Positions 56,179 through 64,000 of a DNA stretch of 64,000 nucleotides are shown here, in pieces. Within the stretch, counting starts at the first letter, position 1. Each line of letters starts with the position of its first letter. The position numbers and the translations under genes were made by a program. The notes under the pieces were generated by a model. The model ran no database searches, was not told the origin of the DNA, and saw only the letters and a program-made list of their open reading frames with translations. Source of the stretch: Dehalococcoidia bacterium (GTDB taxonomy: Bacteria; Chloroflexota; Dehalococcoidia; Lucifugimonadales; Australimonadaceae); contig OZ220673.1 of NCBI GenBank assembly GCA_965116305.1, positions 845,705-909,704 of the forward strand, in the 5' to 3' direction.

Positions 56179-56991
56179 ATGTCGGTCGAGGGCAAGGTGG
56201 TCGTCGTCACGGGCGGAGCGAAGGGCATCGGCCGGTGGGTGGCGAAGACGTTCGCGAAGGAGGGCGCGCAGCTCGCGATCGCCGACGTCGCGCCCATGGA
56301 CACGGTGATGGGCGAGGTGCAGGCCCTCGGCGGCGAGGCCATCGCCGTCCGCACCAACGTCTGCGTCGAGGACGAGGTGCGCTCGCTCATGGACCAGGTC
56401 TACCGGCGCTACGGGCGCATCGACGTCCTCATCAACGACGCCGCCATCGTGACGCATTTCCACGAGGGCGCGCCCCGCTGGCCACGCATCCGCGACATGG
56501 ACGAGGCGTTCTTCGACAAGGTGATGCGCACCAACCTCGGCGGCACGTTCCTCTGCACCAAGCACGTGCTCCCGTACATGGAATCGCTCAACGCCGGGCA
56601 CGTCATCCACTTCGGGCAGGGCACGCTTAAGGTGCGCCTTGGCGCCGCACCCAACATCGGCACCTGCGTCTACGCCGTCTCCAAGCTCTCGATCCGGGCG
56701 TTCGCCAAGTTCGTCGCCGAGGAGGAGCGCGAGTTCAATATCTGCGTGTTGAGCATGGGGCCGGGCAGCGGTGGCGGGGACGAGCGAGCGCGCGAGACTG
56801 GCGCGGGCATCCCCGGCGGTGGCGGCGGCATCGTCACCGAGGACAGCCCGCAGTGGGCCCGCGAGAGCCCGCGACCGGCGCAGGTCGAGTCCGTCGGCGA
56901 CCGCTACGTGCTCGCGGCGCAGGCGGGCATGGAGTTCTCCGGCTGTCAGGTCACCGTCCGCGACGGCGCCCTCGCCATCGTCGAGGACTAG
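56179..56991 (+). CDS. SDR family oxidoreductase
   Basis: ATG 56179 after AGGAGG; TGGAKGIG, INDAA, YAVSK. Confidence 0.88.
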   Translation: MSVEGKVVVVTGGAKGIGRWVAKTFAKEGAQLAIADVAPMDTVMGEVQALGGEAIAVRTNVCVEDEVRSLMDQVYRRYGRIDVLINDAAIVTHFHEGAPRWPRIRDMDEAFFDKVMRTNLGGTFLCTKHVLPYMESLNAGHVIHFGQGTLKVRLGAAPNIGTCVYAVSKLSIRAFAKFVAEEEREFNICVLSMGPGSGGGDERARETGAGIPGGGGGIVTEDSPQWARESPRPAQVESVGDRYVLAAQAGMEFSGCQVTVRDGALAIVED

Positions 56992-56998
56992 CGCGCGT

Positions 56999-57223
56999 GT
57001 CATTCCGAGCGAAGCCCGCGCTTTAGCGCGCGGAATCCTCTCTGATTGCTTGGTGTAGGGGCGTCCCTTGTGGGCGCCCTTCGTCGTTCCCGCGGAGGCA
57101 GGAAACCCGGCCTGGTGTAGGGGCATCCCTCGTGGGTGCCCTGCCTGATCCCTCCTTCACTCCGGGAGAGGGCCTGCCCTGGGCTTGTCGAATGGGTCGA
57201 TGCGCTTCCGCGGCGGGTGAGGG
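56999..57223 (+). repeat. Mosaic palindromic repeat cluster
   Basis: gtcattccgagcgaagc with insert, two GTAG REP-like units, B module, A module with nested gcctgccctgggcttgtcgaatgg. Confidence 0.92.
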
Positions 57224-57229
57224 CGGGAC

Positions 57230-58411
57230 CTACGAACGCTCCAGCACCACCCCCGCCTCCTCCTCCGGCACCCCGAACTGCCGCAGCACGCTCTCCGTGT
57301 GCTGGCCGAGAGTGGGGGCGGGCATGCGCACCTGGCCCGGCGTCGCCGACATCTTGACCGGGATGCCGAGGTTGTTGACGACCCCGGCCACGGGGTGCTC
57401 GAGCGGCGCCACCATCCCGCGCGCCATGACGTGCTCGTTCGCGAACACCTCGTCCATGCCGTAGATCGGCCCCGCCGGGACGCCCGCCTGTTCGAACACG
57501 GCCAGCCACTCAGCGGACGTGCGCGTGCGCGTGGTGCGTTGTATCTCCTCGGCTAGCGCCTCGTAGTTGCGGACGCGGTCCGGGTTCGCCGTGAAGCGGG
57601 AGTCGGTCAGCAGGTCAGGACGCTCGAGCGCGGCGCAGAGGCGCTCGTAGTTTGCCTGGTTCGCCACGCCGATGTTGAAGTAGCCGTCGGCGCTCTGCAT
57701 CGCCTGGTAGGGGGCGACGAGACGGTGCGCCGACCCCTTCGGGCCGGGCACGGCGCCGGAGCCCCAGTACTCCGCGGCCTCCCAGACGGTGAGAGCGACC
57801 GCGGCTTCCAGCAGCGACGTGTCGATGACCTGCCCCTCACCGGTCTTGAGCCGGTGGACGTAAGCGGCGAGGACGCCGTTGGCAGCGAACAGTCCGGCGC
57901 TCAGGTCGGCGAGCGGGATGCTCACTTTCACCGGCGGCGAGGCCGGGTAACCTGTCACGCTCATCATGCCGGACATGCCCTGCGCCAGCAGATCGTAGCC
58001 CGGACGGGTGGCGTAGGGGCCGGTCTGCCCGAAGCCGGAGATGGACACCCAGATCAGTTCCGGGTGCTCCTCTCGCAGTTTCACAGGGCCGAGGCCGAGC
58101 CGCTCCATCGTGCCGGGGCGGAAGTTCTCGGCAATGACGTCGGCCTGCGCGGCGATGCGCCGGAAGACCGAGCGGTCGACCTCGTTCCGCAGGTCGAGGA
58201 CGATGCTCTTCTTGTTGCGGTTGATGCCGAGGAACGCCGCGGACTCGCCGTGGATAAACGGCGGCCCCATGCGCCGGGAGTCGTCGCCGCCCGGCTTCTC
58301 CACCTTGATGACGTCCGCGCCCATATCGGCGAGGAGCATCGTGCAGAACGGCCCCGCCATCACCTGCGTGCAGTCGAGAACGGTGACGCCCTCCAGTGGC
58401 ATCGGAGGCAT
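57230..58411 (-). CDS. Family III CoA-transferase
   Basis: MAGPFC..LLADMGADVIKVE, ENFRPG, PLADL, APTLGQHT. Confidence 0.92.
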   Translation of the reverse strand: MPPMPLEGVTVLDCTQVMAGPFCTMLLADMGADVIKVEKPGGDDSRRMGPPFIHGESAAFLGINRNKKSIVLDLRNEVDRSVFRRIAAQADVIAENFRPGTMERLGLGPVKLREEHPELIWVSISGFGQTGPYATRPGYDLLAQGMSGMMSVTGYPASPPVKVSIPLADLSAGLFAANGVLAAYVHRLKTGEGQVIDTSLLEAAVALTVWEAAEYWGSGAVPGPKGSAHRLVAPYQAMQSADGYFNIGVANQANYERLCAALERPDLLTDSRFTANPDRVRNYEALAEEIQRTTRTRTSAEWLAVFEQAGVPAGPIYGMDEVFANEHVMARGMVAPLEHPVAGVVNNLGIPVKMSATPGQVRMPAPTLGQHTESVLRQFGVPEEEAGVVLERS

Positions 58412-58414
58412 GTT

Positions 58415-59203
58415 CTACCTCCCCTGGAAGCGCGGCGGGCGCTTCTCCATGAACGCCCGGTAGCCCTCCTGTCCGTCCTCCGTATCGAAGATGGAGAGGG
58501 GCAGCCAGCGCTCCTCATCGGTGAGGGCTGTGAGACTGGGTTTGGCCAGGACCGTCCGGATGATGCGTTTGTGCGCGGACTGTGAAAGTGGGGCGTAGGT
58601 CGTCATCTCTCTTGCCAGGCCATACGTGTGCTCGACCAGTCGATCGGCCTCGACAACCTCGGTCAGCAGGCCGATGCGCAGCGCTTCCTGCTCGTCGATG
58701 CGGCGCGCGGTCAGCAGCAGGTTGGCGGCGTGTCCGGGTCCTACGAGGTGTAAGAGTCGCCGCATCTCGTTGTAGCCGACGAGCACGCCGATCTTTGCGA
58801 CCGGCACCCCGAACGTGCTGCCGGTCGACGCGATGCGGAGGTCGGCGGCCATTGACAGCTCGCAGCCTCCGCCGACGCATATCCCGCGGATCATGCAGAT
58901 GACAGGTTTCGGCATCTGCTCGACGGCGTCGAGCGCGCCCTCGAAGGCGTCGGCGTATTCTCGGGCGAGCTCGCTGTTGCTCCGGTGCGCGGGAAAGTCC
59001 TTGATGTCGGCGCCCGCCGAGAACGCCTTCTCCCCGGCGCCCGTGAGCACGACCACGCGCACGCTCTCGTCCGCCCCGAGCCGCAGCGCCGCGTCGCGCA
59101 GCAACCCCCACATCTCGAAGTCGATGGCGTTGTGCTGGCCGGGCCGGTTCAACGTGATCGTCCCGACCCCGTCCTCCACTTCGACGAGTACCTTGTTGCT
59201 CAT
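58415..59203 (-). CDS. Enoyl-CoA hydratase/isomerase
   Basis: Start MSNKVLVE (59203); AFSAGADI, GGGCEL, AFMEKRPPRF. Confidence 0.9.
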   Translation of the reverse strand: MSNKVLVEVEDGVGTITLNRPGQHNAIDFEMWGLLRDAALRLGADESVRVVVLTGAGEKAFSAGADIKDFPAHRSNSELAREYADAFEGALDAVEQMPKPVICMIRGICVGGGCELSMAADLRIASTGSTFGVPVAKIGVLVGYNEMRRLLHLVGPGHAANLLLTARRIDEQEALRIGLLTEVVEADRLVEHTYGLAREMTTYAPLSQSAHKRIIRTVLAKPSLTALTDEERWLPLSIFDTEDGQEGYRAFMEKRPPRFQGR

Positions 59204-59212
59204 GGGGCAATC

Positions 59213-59429
59213 CTCGTCGTTCCTGCGGAGGCAGGAACCTCGCCCCTTGCAAACGAGGACCCAGCCCTCGTCATTCCCGCACCGGCGGGAATCCAGGGTG
59301 CGCGGGCAGCGCACGCGGTGGGGCTAGGAGGGCGGCGCTTGGTGTAGGGGCGCCCCTTGCGGGCGCCCTGCCTCGCATCCCACCTCTCCCTCGGGGAGAG
59401 GTCGACGCGCTTGTGCGGCGGGTGAGGGT
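59213..59429 (+). repeat. Mosaic palindromic repeat cluster
   Basis: gtcgttcctgcggaggcaggaacc, attcccgcaccggcgggaat, tgtaggggcgccccttgcgggcgccct, A module. Confidence 0.92.
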
Positions 59430-59501
59430 TACTCGGGTGATGGGTGCGCAGCTCGCTCATGGGGAGCAAGTATATCGGGTTGGCCAGCGGTCGCCCGCCC
59501 C

Positions 59502-60278
59502 CTACAGGTCCTGGCTCACCAGCTCCGTGTAGTACTTCCAGACACCGCCGATGAGGACCGGCGGCATGTTGGCGAGCGGGCGCGAGAGGTGCGGCGCCTC
59601 GCGCATCGCGGCCTGGCCTGCGGCGAACTCGTCCATGCTCTCGTCCGGGATGCCCTTGTAGTCCGGCCCGAACGCCGCCAGCGCGACCCAGTTGAGGCGC
59701 GACTGCTCCTCCAGGTGCAGCATGTTCATCACCGACTGCTCCATGTTGCGACCCGTCGTCACCGCGCCGTGTCCGCGCAGCAGCAGGGCGGGGCTGTTGC
59801 CGATGGCCTCGACCACCTGCATCCCGTCCTCCTCTGTGATGATGAGCTTGGAGTGCGGGAAGACGGGGATATCGTTCCGCACGAGCTGGTGCCCCTCGTT
59901 CGACATCGGCTTGAGCTTCACGTCGTTGAGGCCGAGCACGTTGGTGTAGCGGGGGTGCGTGTGGACGACCGAGAGCACGTCCGGGCGCTCGCGGTAGATG
60001 CACGAGTGCATCTTGACCTCGTAGCACTGCGAGGTGCCCTTGGGGCCGTCGACGAAACTGCCGTCCATGTCGACGACGATCATCTCCTCCGGCCTCACGA
60101 CGGCGAGGGCGTCAGTCTCGTAGCCGCGCCCCTTCACGACGAAGAGGTCCGGTTGGTTGGGGACGCGCATGCTGACGTGTCCGAGCGAGGCGAGGATATG
60201 CGTGGCGAGGCCCATCTCCGCTAGGACGCGGTTGGCTATGGCGACTTCCCGTTTGACTTCGTCGATTTCGCGTGACAT
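59502..60278 (-). CDS. Class II aldolase/adducin family protein (possibly decarboxylase-like)
   Basis: Start MSREIDEV (60278) after GGAGG; GHVSMR, EVKMH, HTHP, RGHG. Confidence 0.85.
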   Translation of the reverse strand: MSREIDEVKREVAIANRVLAEMGLATHILASLGHVSMRVPNQPDLFVVKGRGYETDALAVVRPEEMIVVDMDGSFVDGPKGTSQCYEVKMHSCIYRERPDVLSVVHTHPRYTNVLGLNDVKLKPMSNEGHQLVRNDIPVFPHSKLIITEEDGMQVVEAIGNSPALLLRGHGAVTTGRNMEQSVMNMLHLEEQSRLNWVALAAFGPDYKGIPDESMDEFAAGQAAMREAPHLSRPLANMPPVLIGGVWKYYTELVSQDL

Positions 60279-60337
60279 GGGGCTTCCTCCGTGGTTATTG
60301 AGACTTCCCCGCTTGTTATCACCGGCCGCATGGCGCG

Positions 60338-61510
60338 TCAAACAGGCGCGTGGTACTCGAACACCTCGGCGGCAGCCGCGGCTTCTGCGACGAGCGCGGG
60401 GACGTCCAACCGCGCCTCGTGCTCCGCGATCTGCTCCGTTCTGACGGCGGTCGCGGGTGAACGCGGCACGAACAGCGTGCAGCAGTCCTCGTCTGGCAGG
60501 ATCGACGTCTCGTACGTACCGATCACCTGCGCCTGGTCGATGATCTCGCTCTTGTCGAGCCCCACCAGCGGGCGCAGTATCGGCATCGACGCCGCCTCGT
60601 CGACCGTTGCGATGTTGCGAAGCGTCTGCGAGCCGACCTGCCCGAGGCTCTCGCCCGTCACGAGCGCCTGCGCGCCCTCCCGCGCAGCGATCGCCTCCGC
60701 GATGCGCACCATGAAGCGCCGGTAGGCGATGACGCGCAGCGGCCCGGGGACCTCCAGTATCACGCGACGCTGCACGTCGGCGAATGGCACGAGGTGAAGG
60801 CGCGTGTCGTACTGCCAGCCGTTGAGCGACTCCGCGAGCTCCTTCGCCTTGTCGCGGGAGCGCCCCTCCACGAGCGGGAAGGCGTGGAAGTGCACCAGCA
60901 ACGCCTTGCAGCCGCGCCGCATCATGCGCCACGCCGCGACCGGCGAGTCGATGCCGCCCGACATCATCACCGCGACCTTGCCGCCGGTGCCAACGGGCAG
61001 GCCGCCTGCGCCGCGATAGTCGTCCGCGTACACGAAGGCGTCGTCGCGCCCCACCACCACGCGGAAGTCGGCCTCTGGGTGCGAGAGGTCGACGCGCGCG
61101 CCGGTGGCCTCGCGTATCTCGTCGCCGAGGCGAACGTTGAGGTCGTGGGAGGTGAGGGGAAACGTCTTGTCGGTGCGGTTGGCGGAGATGCGGAACGTCG
61201 AGAAGGAGCGTGCATCCGCCGTCTCGTGCAACAGGGCGGAGACCGCCCCGTAGTCGGGCTCGGCGCGGGCGGCAAGGCTGAACTTCACTGCGCCGAACAC
61301 CGTAGCTGTCCGCGCACGGACAGCTTCCCAGTCCGCTTCGGGCGCGAGGCGCATGCGCACCAGCATCCGCGTCGCCCACACGCGCTCGACGTCGAGCCCG
61401 GCGGTCGCCCGTTCGAGGTTCTCGACGAGGCGTCGCACGAACATCGGTTGGTTCTTGCCCTTCAGCCCGATCTCATGGAACCGGACGAGCACGTCGCGCG
61501 GCTGCTGCAC
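60338..61510 (-). CDS. thiI: tRNA 4-thiouridine synthase ThiI (no rhodanese domain)
   Basis: EIGLKGKN, THUMP domain, GGLPVG, SGGIDS, TGESLGQVGSQT, EDCC. Confidence 0.93.
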   Translation of the reverse strand: MQQPRDVLVRFHEIGLKGKNQPMFVRRLVENLERATAGLDVERVWATRMLVRMRLAPEADWEAVRARTATVFGAVKFSLAARAEPDYGAVSALLHETADARSFSTFRISANRTDKTFPLTSHDLNVRLGDEIREATGARVDLSHPEADFRVVVGRDDAFVYADDYRGAGGLPVGTGGKVAVMMSGGIDSPVAAWRMMRRGCKALLVHFHAFPLVEGRSRDKAKELAESLNGWQYDTRLHLVPFADVQRRVILEVPGPLRVIAYRRFMVRIAEAIAAREGAQALVTGESLGQVGSQTLRNIATVDEAASMPILRPLVGLDKSEIIDQAQVIGTYETSILPDEDCCTLFVPRSPATAVRTEQIAEHEARLDVPALVAEAAAAAEVFEYHAPV

Positions 61511-61624
61511 CCTGGTCACCCTCCTGCCAGGAGGTGATTGTACCGGGCAGGGATGCCGAATGCGCCGAAAACGTCCCGTATCACGCGTGGCGCGCAGCGG
61601 TGGGTGTGGGATAATCGAACTGCG

Positions 61625-62647
61625 ATGGCAGATGCGGAACTGCAGATCGACCTCCCGGATGCGCCGGCAGATTCGCTGACCACGGAAGACCTGCTGGACA
61701 TCTACGCCACCATGCTCCTCGTCCGCACGCTGGACGAGCGGGTGTGGGCGATGAACCGGCAGGGCAAGGCGGCCATCGTCGCCTCCAGCCAGGGCCACGA
61801 GGCCGCGCAGCTCGCCTCCGTCTGGGCTCTCCGAAAGAACGCGCCGGACTTCTTCTGCTTCACCTACTACCGCGATCTTGCAGTAACGACAGCTCTCGGC
61901 CTGACCGCGGAGGATTCGTTGCGCGGCTTCCTCGCACGGGACGGCGAACCGCTCTCCGGCGCCCGCCAGTTCCCCCAACACGGGGCTGCGCCGGAGTTGA
62001 AGTTCATCAACCACTCCAACGTCATCGGCACGCACGTTCCCCAGGCCGTCGGTTGGGCGCTCGGGGCGAAGATGCGCGGCGAGGACACCGTCGTGGCGTG
62101 CTTCTTCGGCGACGGCACCACGAGCCAGGGCGAGGTGCACGAGGCGATGAACTTCGCCTCCATCCACAAGCTGCCCATCGTCTTCTTCGTCGAGAACAAC
62201 AAGTACGCCATCTCCGTCCCCATGTCGCGCCAGATGGCTATCGAGCGGTACGCGCTGCGGGCCGAGGGGTACGCGATGCCGGGGACGACGGTCGACGGCA
62301 CCGACGTGCGCGCCTCGTACCAGGCGGCTTCGACCGCGGTGCAGCTCGCGGCGATGGGCGGCGGGCCGAGCATCGTCGAGTTCGACGTCGAGCGTTACCT
62401 GCCGCACACGAGCGATGACGACGATACCGTCTACCGTGACCCCGCCGAGATCGAGGAGGCCCGGAAGCGCGACCCGCTGGAGAAGCTGCACGCGCTGCTC
62501 TCCGGCACGGGGATGCTCTCCGAGGAGCGCGACGCAGCGATGAAGAAGCGGGCGCGCGACGAGGTGAACGTGGCGACCGACGCCGCAGAGGCCGCGCCGT
62601 TCCCCAGCGACGAGGACGTGTTCCGCCACGTAACGAGCGAGACGTAG
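61625..62647 (+). CDS. 2-oxoacid dehydrogenase E1 alpha (branched-chain type)
   Basis: QGHEAAQ, YYRD, GDGTTSQG ThDP motif...NN, HTSDDD. Confidence 0.9.
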   Translation: MADAELQIDLPDAPADSLTTEDLLDIYATMLLVRTLDERVWAMNRQGKAAIVASSQGHEAAQLASVWALRKNAPDFFCFTYYRDLAVTTALGLTAEDSLRGFLARDGEPLSGARQFPQHGAAPELKFINHSNVIGTHVPQAVGWALGAKMRGEDTVVACFFGDGTTSQGEVHEAMNFASIHKLPIVFFVENNKYAISVPMSRQMAIERYALRAEGYAMPGTTVDGTDVRASYQAASTAVQLAAMGGGPSIVEFDVERYLPHTSDDDDTVYRDPAEIEEARKRDPLEKLHALLSGTGMLSEERDAAMKKRARDEVNVATDAAEAAPFPSDEDVFRHVTSET

Positions 62648-62649
62648 CG

Positions 62650-63633
62650 ATGCCAGTCGTCACCGTCATAGAAGCGATACGCGACGCGATGCGCGAGGAG
62701 ATGGAGCGCGACTCGTCCGTGTTCGTCATGGGCGAGGACGTGGGCCGCAGGGGCGGCGTCTTCCTCGCCACGAAGGACTTCCTGGACGAGTTCGGCGAGG
62801 AGCGCGTCGTCGACACGCCGCTCGCCGAGGCGTCGATAGCCGGCATCGCGGTCGGCGCGGCGCTCTCCGGCCTGCGCCCCATCGCAGAGGTGCAGTTCGC
62901 GGACTTCATCTGGCCGACGGTGAACCAGATGATCGGCGAGGCCGCGCGCATCCGCTACGGCTCCAACGGGAAGCTGAACGTGCCGATGGTGCTGCGCTCT
63001 CCCTACGGCGGACACGTGCGCGGCGGGCTCTACCACTCCCAGAGCGTCGAGTCGTACTTCGCGCACACGCCCGGGCTGAAGGTGGTCGCTCCCGCGACGC
63101 CGTACGATGCGAAGGGCCTGCTGAAGGCCGCCATCCGCGACGACGACCCCGTCATCGTGCTGGAGCATAAGCGGACGTACCGCTCGGTGCGCGGCGAGAC
63201 ACCGGACGAGGACTACGTCGTGCCCATCGGCTCCGCGGAAGTGAAGCGTGAGGGGACCGACGTGTCGGTCATCACGTACGGCCTCACGCTGCACTACTCC
63301 ATGCAGGCGGCGGCTGAGCTGGAGAACGAGGGCGTGAGCGTCGAGGTTGTCGACCTCCGCACGCTGCGTCCGCTCGATACGGAAACGGTGCTGGAGTCGG
63401 TGCGCAGGACGAGCAAAGCGCTCGTGGTGCACGAGGACAACGCCGCCGTGTCGGTCGGCTCCGAGGTGAGCGCGCTCATCGCGGAGCACGCCTTCGAGTA
63501 CCTGGACGCGCCGGTGATGCGCTGCGCGGGGCCGGAGATACCGGCGATGCCGTTCGCGCCCACGCTGGAGGCGGCGTACATGCCCACGGCGGAGAAGATA
63601 GCGGCCAAACTCAGAGAACTGGTGGCGTACTGA
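62650..63633 (+). CDS. 2-oxoacid dehydrogenase E1 beta (branched-chain type)
   Basis: GEDVG..GGVF, DTPLAE, EVQFADF, YHSQS, DLRTLRPLD. Confidence 0.93.
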   Translation: MPVVTVIEAIRDAMREEMERDSSVFVMGEDVGRRGGVFLATKDFLDEFGEERVVDTPLAEASIAGIAVGAALSGLRPIAEVQFADFIWPTVNQMIGEAARIRYGSNGKLNVPMVLRSPYGGHVRGGLYHSQSVESYFAHTPGLKVVAPATPYDAKGLLKAAIRDDDPVIVLEHKRTYRSVRGETPDEDYVVPIGSAEVKREGTDVSVITYGLTLHYSMQAAAELENEGVSVEVVDLRTLRPLDTETVLESVRRTSKALVVHEDNAAVSVGSEVSALIAEHAFEYLDAPVMRCAGPEIPAMPFAPTLEAAYMPTAEKIAAKLRELVAY

Positions 63634-63635
63634 GC

Positions 63636-64000
63636 ATGATCAGGATCATCGAACTGCCGCAGGTGGGCGAATCGGTGACGGAGGGCGTCATCGGCAAGTG
63701 GCTCGTGGAGCCGGGACAGCACGTCGAGAGATACGACCCCCTCGTCGAGGTCGTCACCGACAAGGTGAGCATGGAGGCGCCGTCGCCGTACACGGGCGTG
63801 TTCGTCCGTGCCCTCGCCGAAGAGGGCGAGACGGTGCCGATGGGCCAGCCGATCTGCGAGATGGAGGTCGAAGGCGAGGACGGGAGCCCTGTCATTCCGA
63901 GCGCAGCCGAGGAATCTCTCGGGGCGGAACGCAGTTCCGTCGTTCCTGCGGAGGCAGGGACCTCCCAGCCCGACTCCGCTGAACACCTCTCCCTTGAGGG
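63636..64000 (+). CDS. Dihydrolipoamide acyltransferase E2: lipoyl domain and linker (runs off the window; absent from the ORF track)
   Basis: ATG 63636: MIRIIELPQVGESVTEG..W...EVVTDKVSMEAPSP lipoyl motif; frame open to the window end. Confidence 0.9.
   Translation, partial: MIRIIELPQVGESVTEGVIGKWLVEPGQHVERYDPLVEVVTDKVSMEAPSPYTGVFVRALAEEGETVPMGQPICEMEVEGEDGSPVIPSAAEESLGAERSSVVPAEAGTSQPDSAEHLSLE
63891..64000 (+). repeat. Mosaic palindromic repeat cluster in frame within the E2 linker
   Basis: gtcattccgagcgcagccgaggaatct, gtcgttcctgcggaggcagggacc, cacctctcccttgaggg. Confidence 0.85.

Noticed and set aside
33682-59347. Short ORFs and N-terminal extensions containing PHPNPLP.RERG, LDSRLRGND or ALKRG peptides (e.g. 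33682-33939, 46378-46590, 48783-49145, 53916-54335)
   Set aside because: They are translations of the intergenic palindromic repeats; gene starts were trimmed to the motif- and RBS-supported codons.

Overview
High-GC bacterial chromosomal segment. The gene content suggests Chloroflexota (Dehalococcoidia/SAR202-like), but this is an inference from Pro/Thr-linker lipoproteins and many paralogous SDRs, CoA-transferases, amidohydrolases and class II aldolases. It holds about 59 CDS, mostly on the minus strand, and one tRNA(CAT), probably Ile2. Main blocks: an acyl-CoA catabolic operon; a small-ORF/aspartic-protease pair; a coaE-cbbQ-like-Nudix-giant VWA operon; mutS2; sufBCDSU; a sugar kinase/aldolase block; hpnCDE with a prenyl synthase; fumC; a TTT transporter; ligJ, a Rieske oxygenase, fhs and a Mo-hydroxylase; an NCS2 permease with a four-Cache lipoprotein; thiI; and a 2-oxoacid dehydrogenase operon. 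No CRISPR array, rRNA or transposase was seen. The most striking unexplained structure is a family of about 15 mosaic palindromic repeat clusters between 21 and 64 kb. By eye they all share one orientation on the + strand regardless of gene direction, their modules nest inside one another, and two copies are translated in frame (in HpnC and in the E2 linker). All product calls come from reading motifs by eye; no database searches were run.
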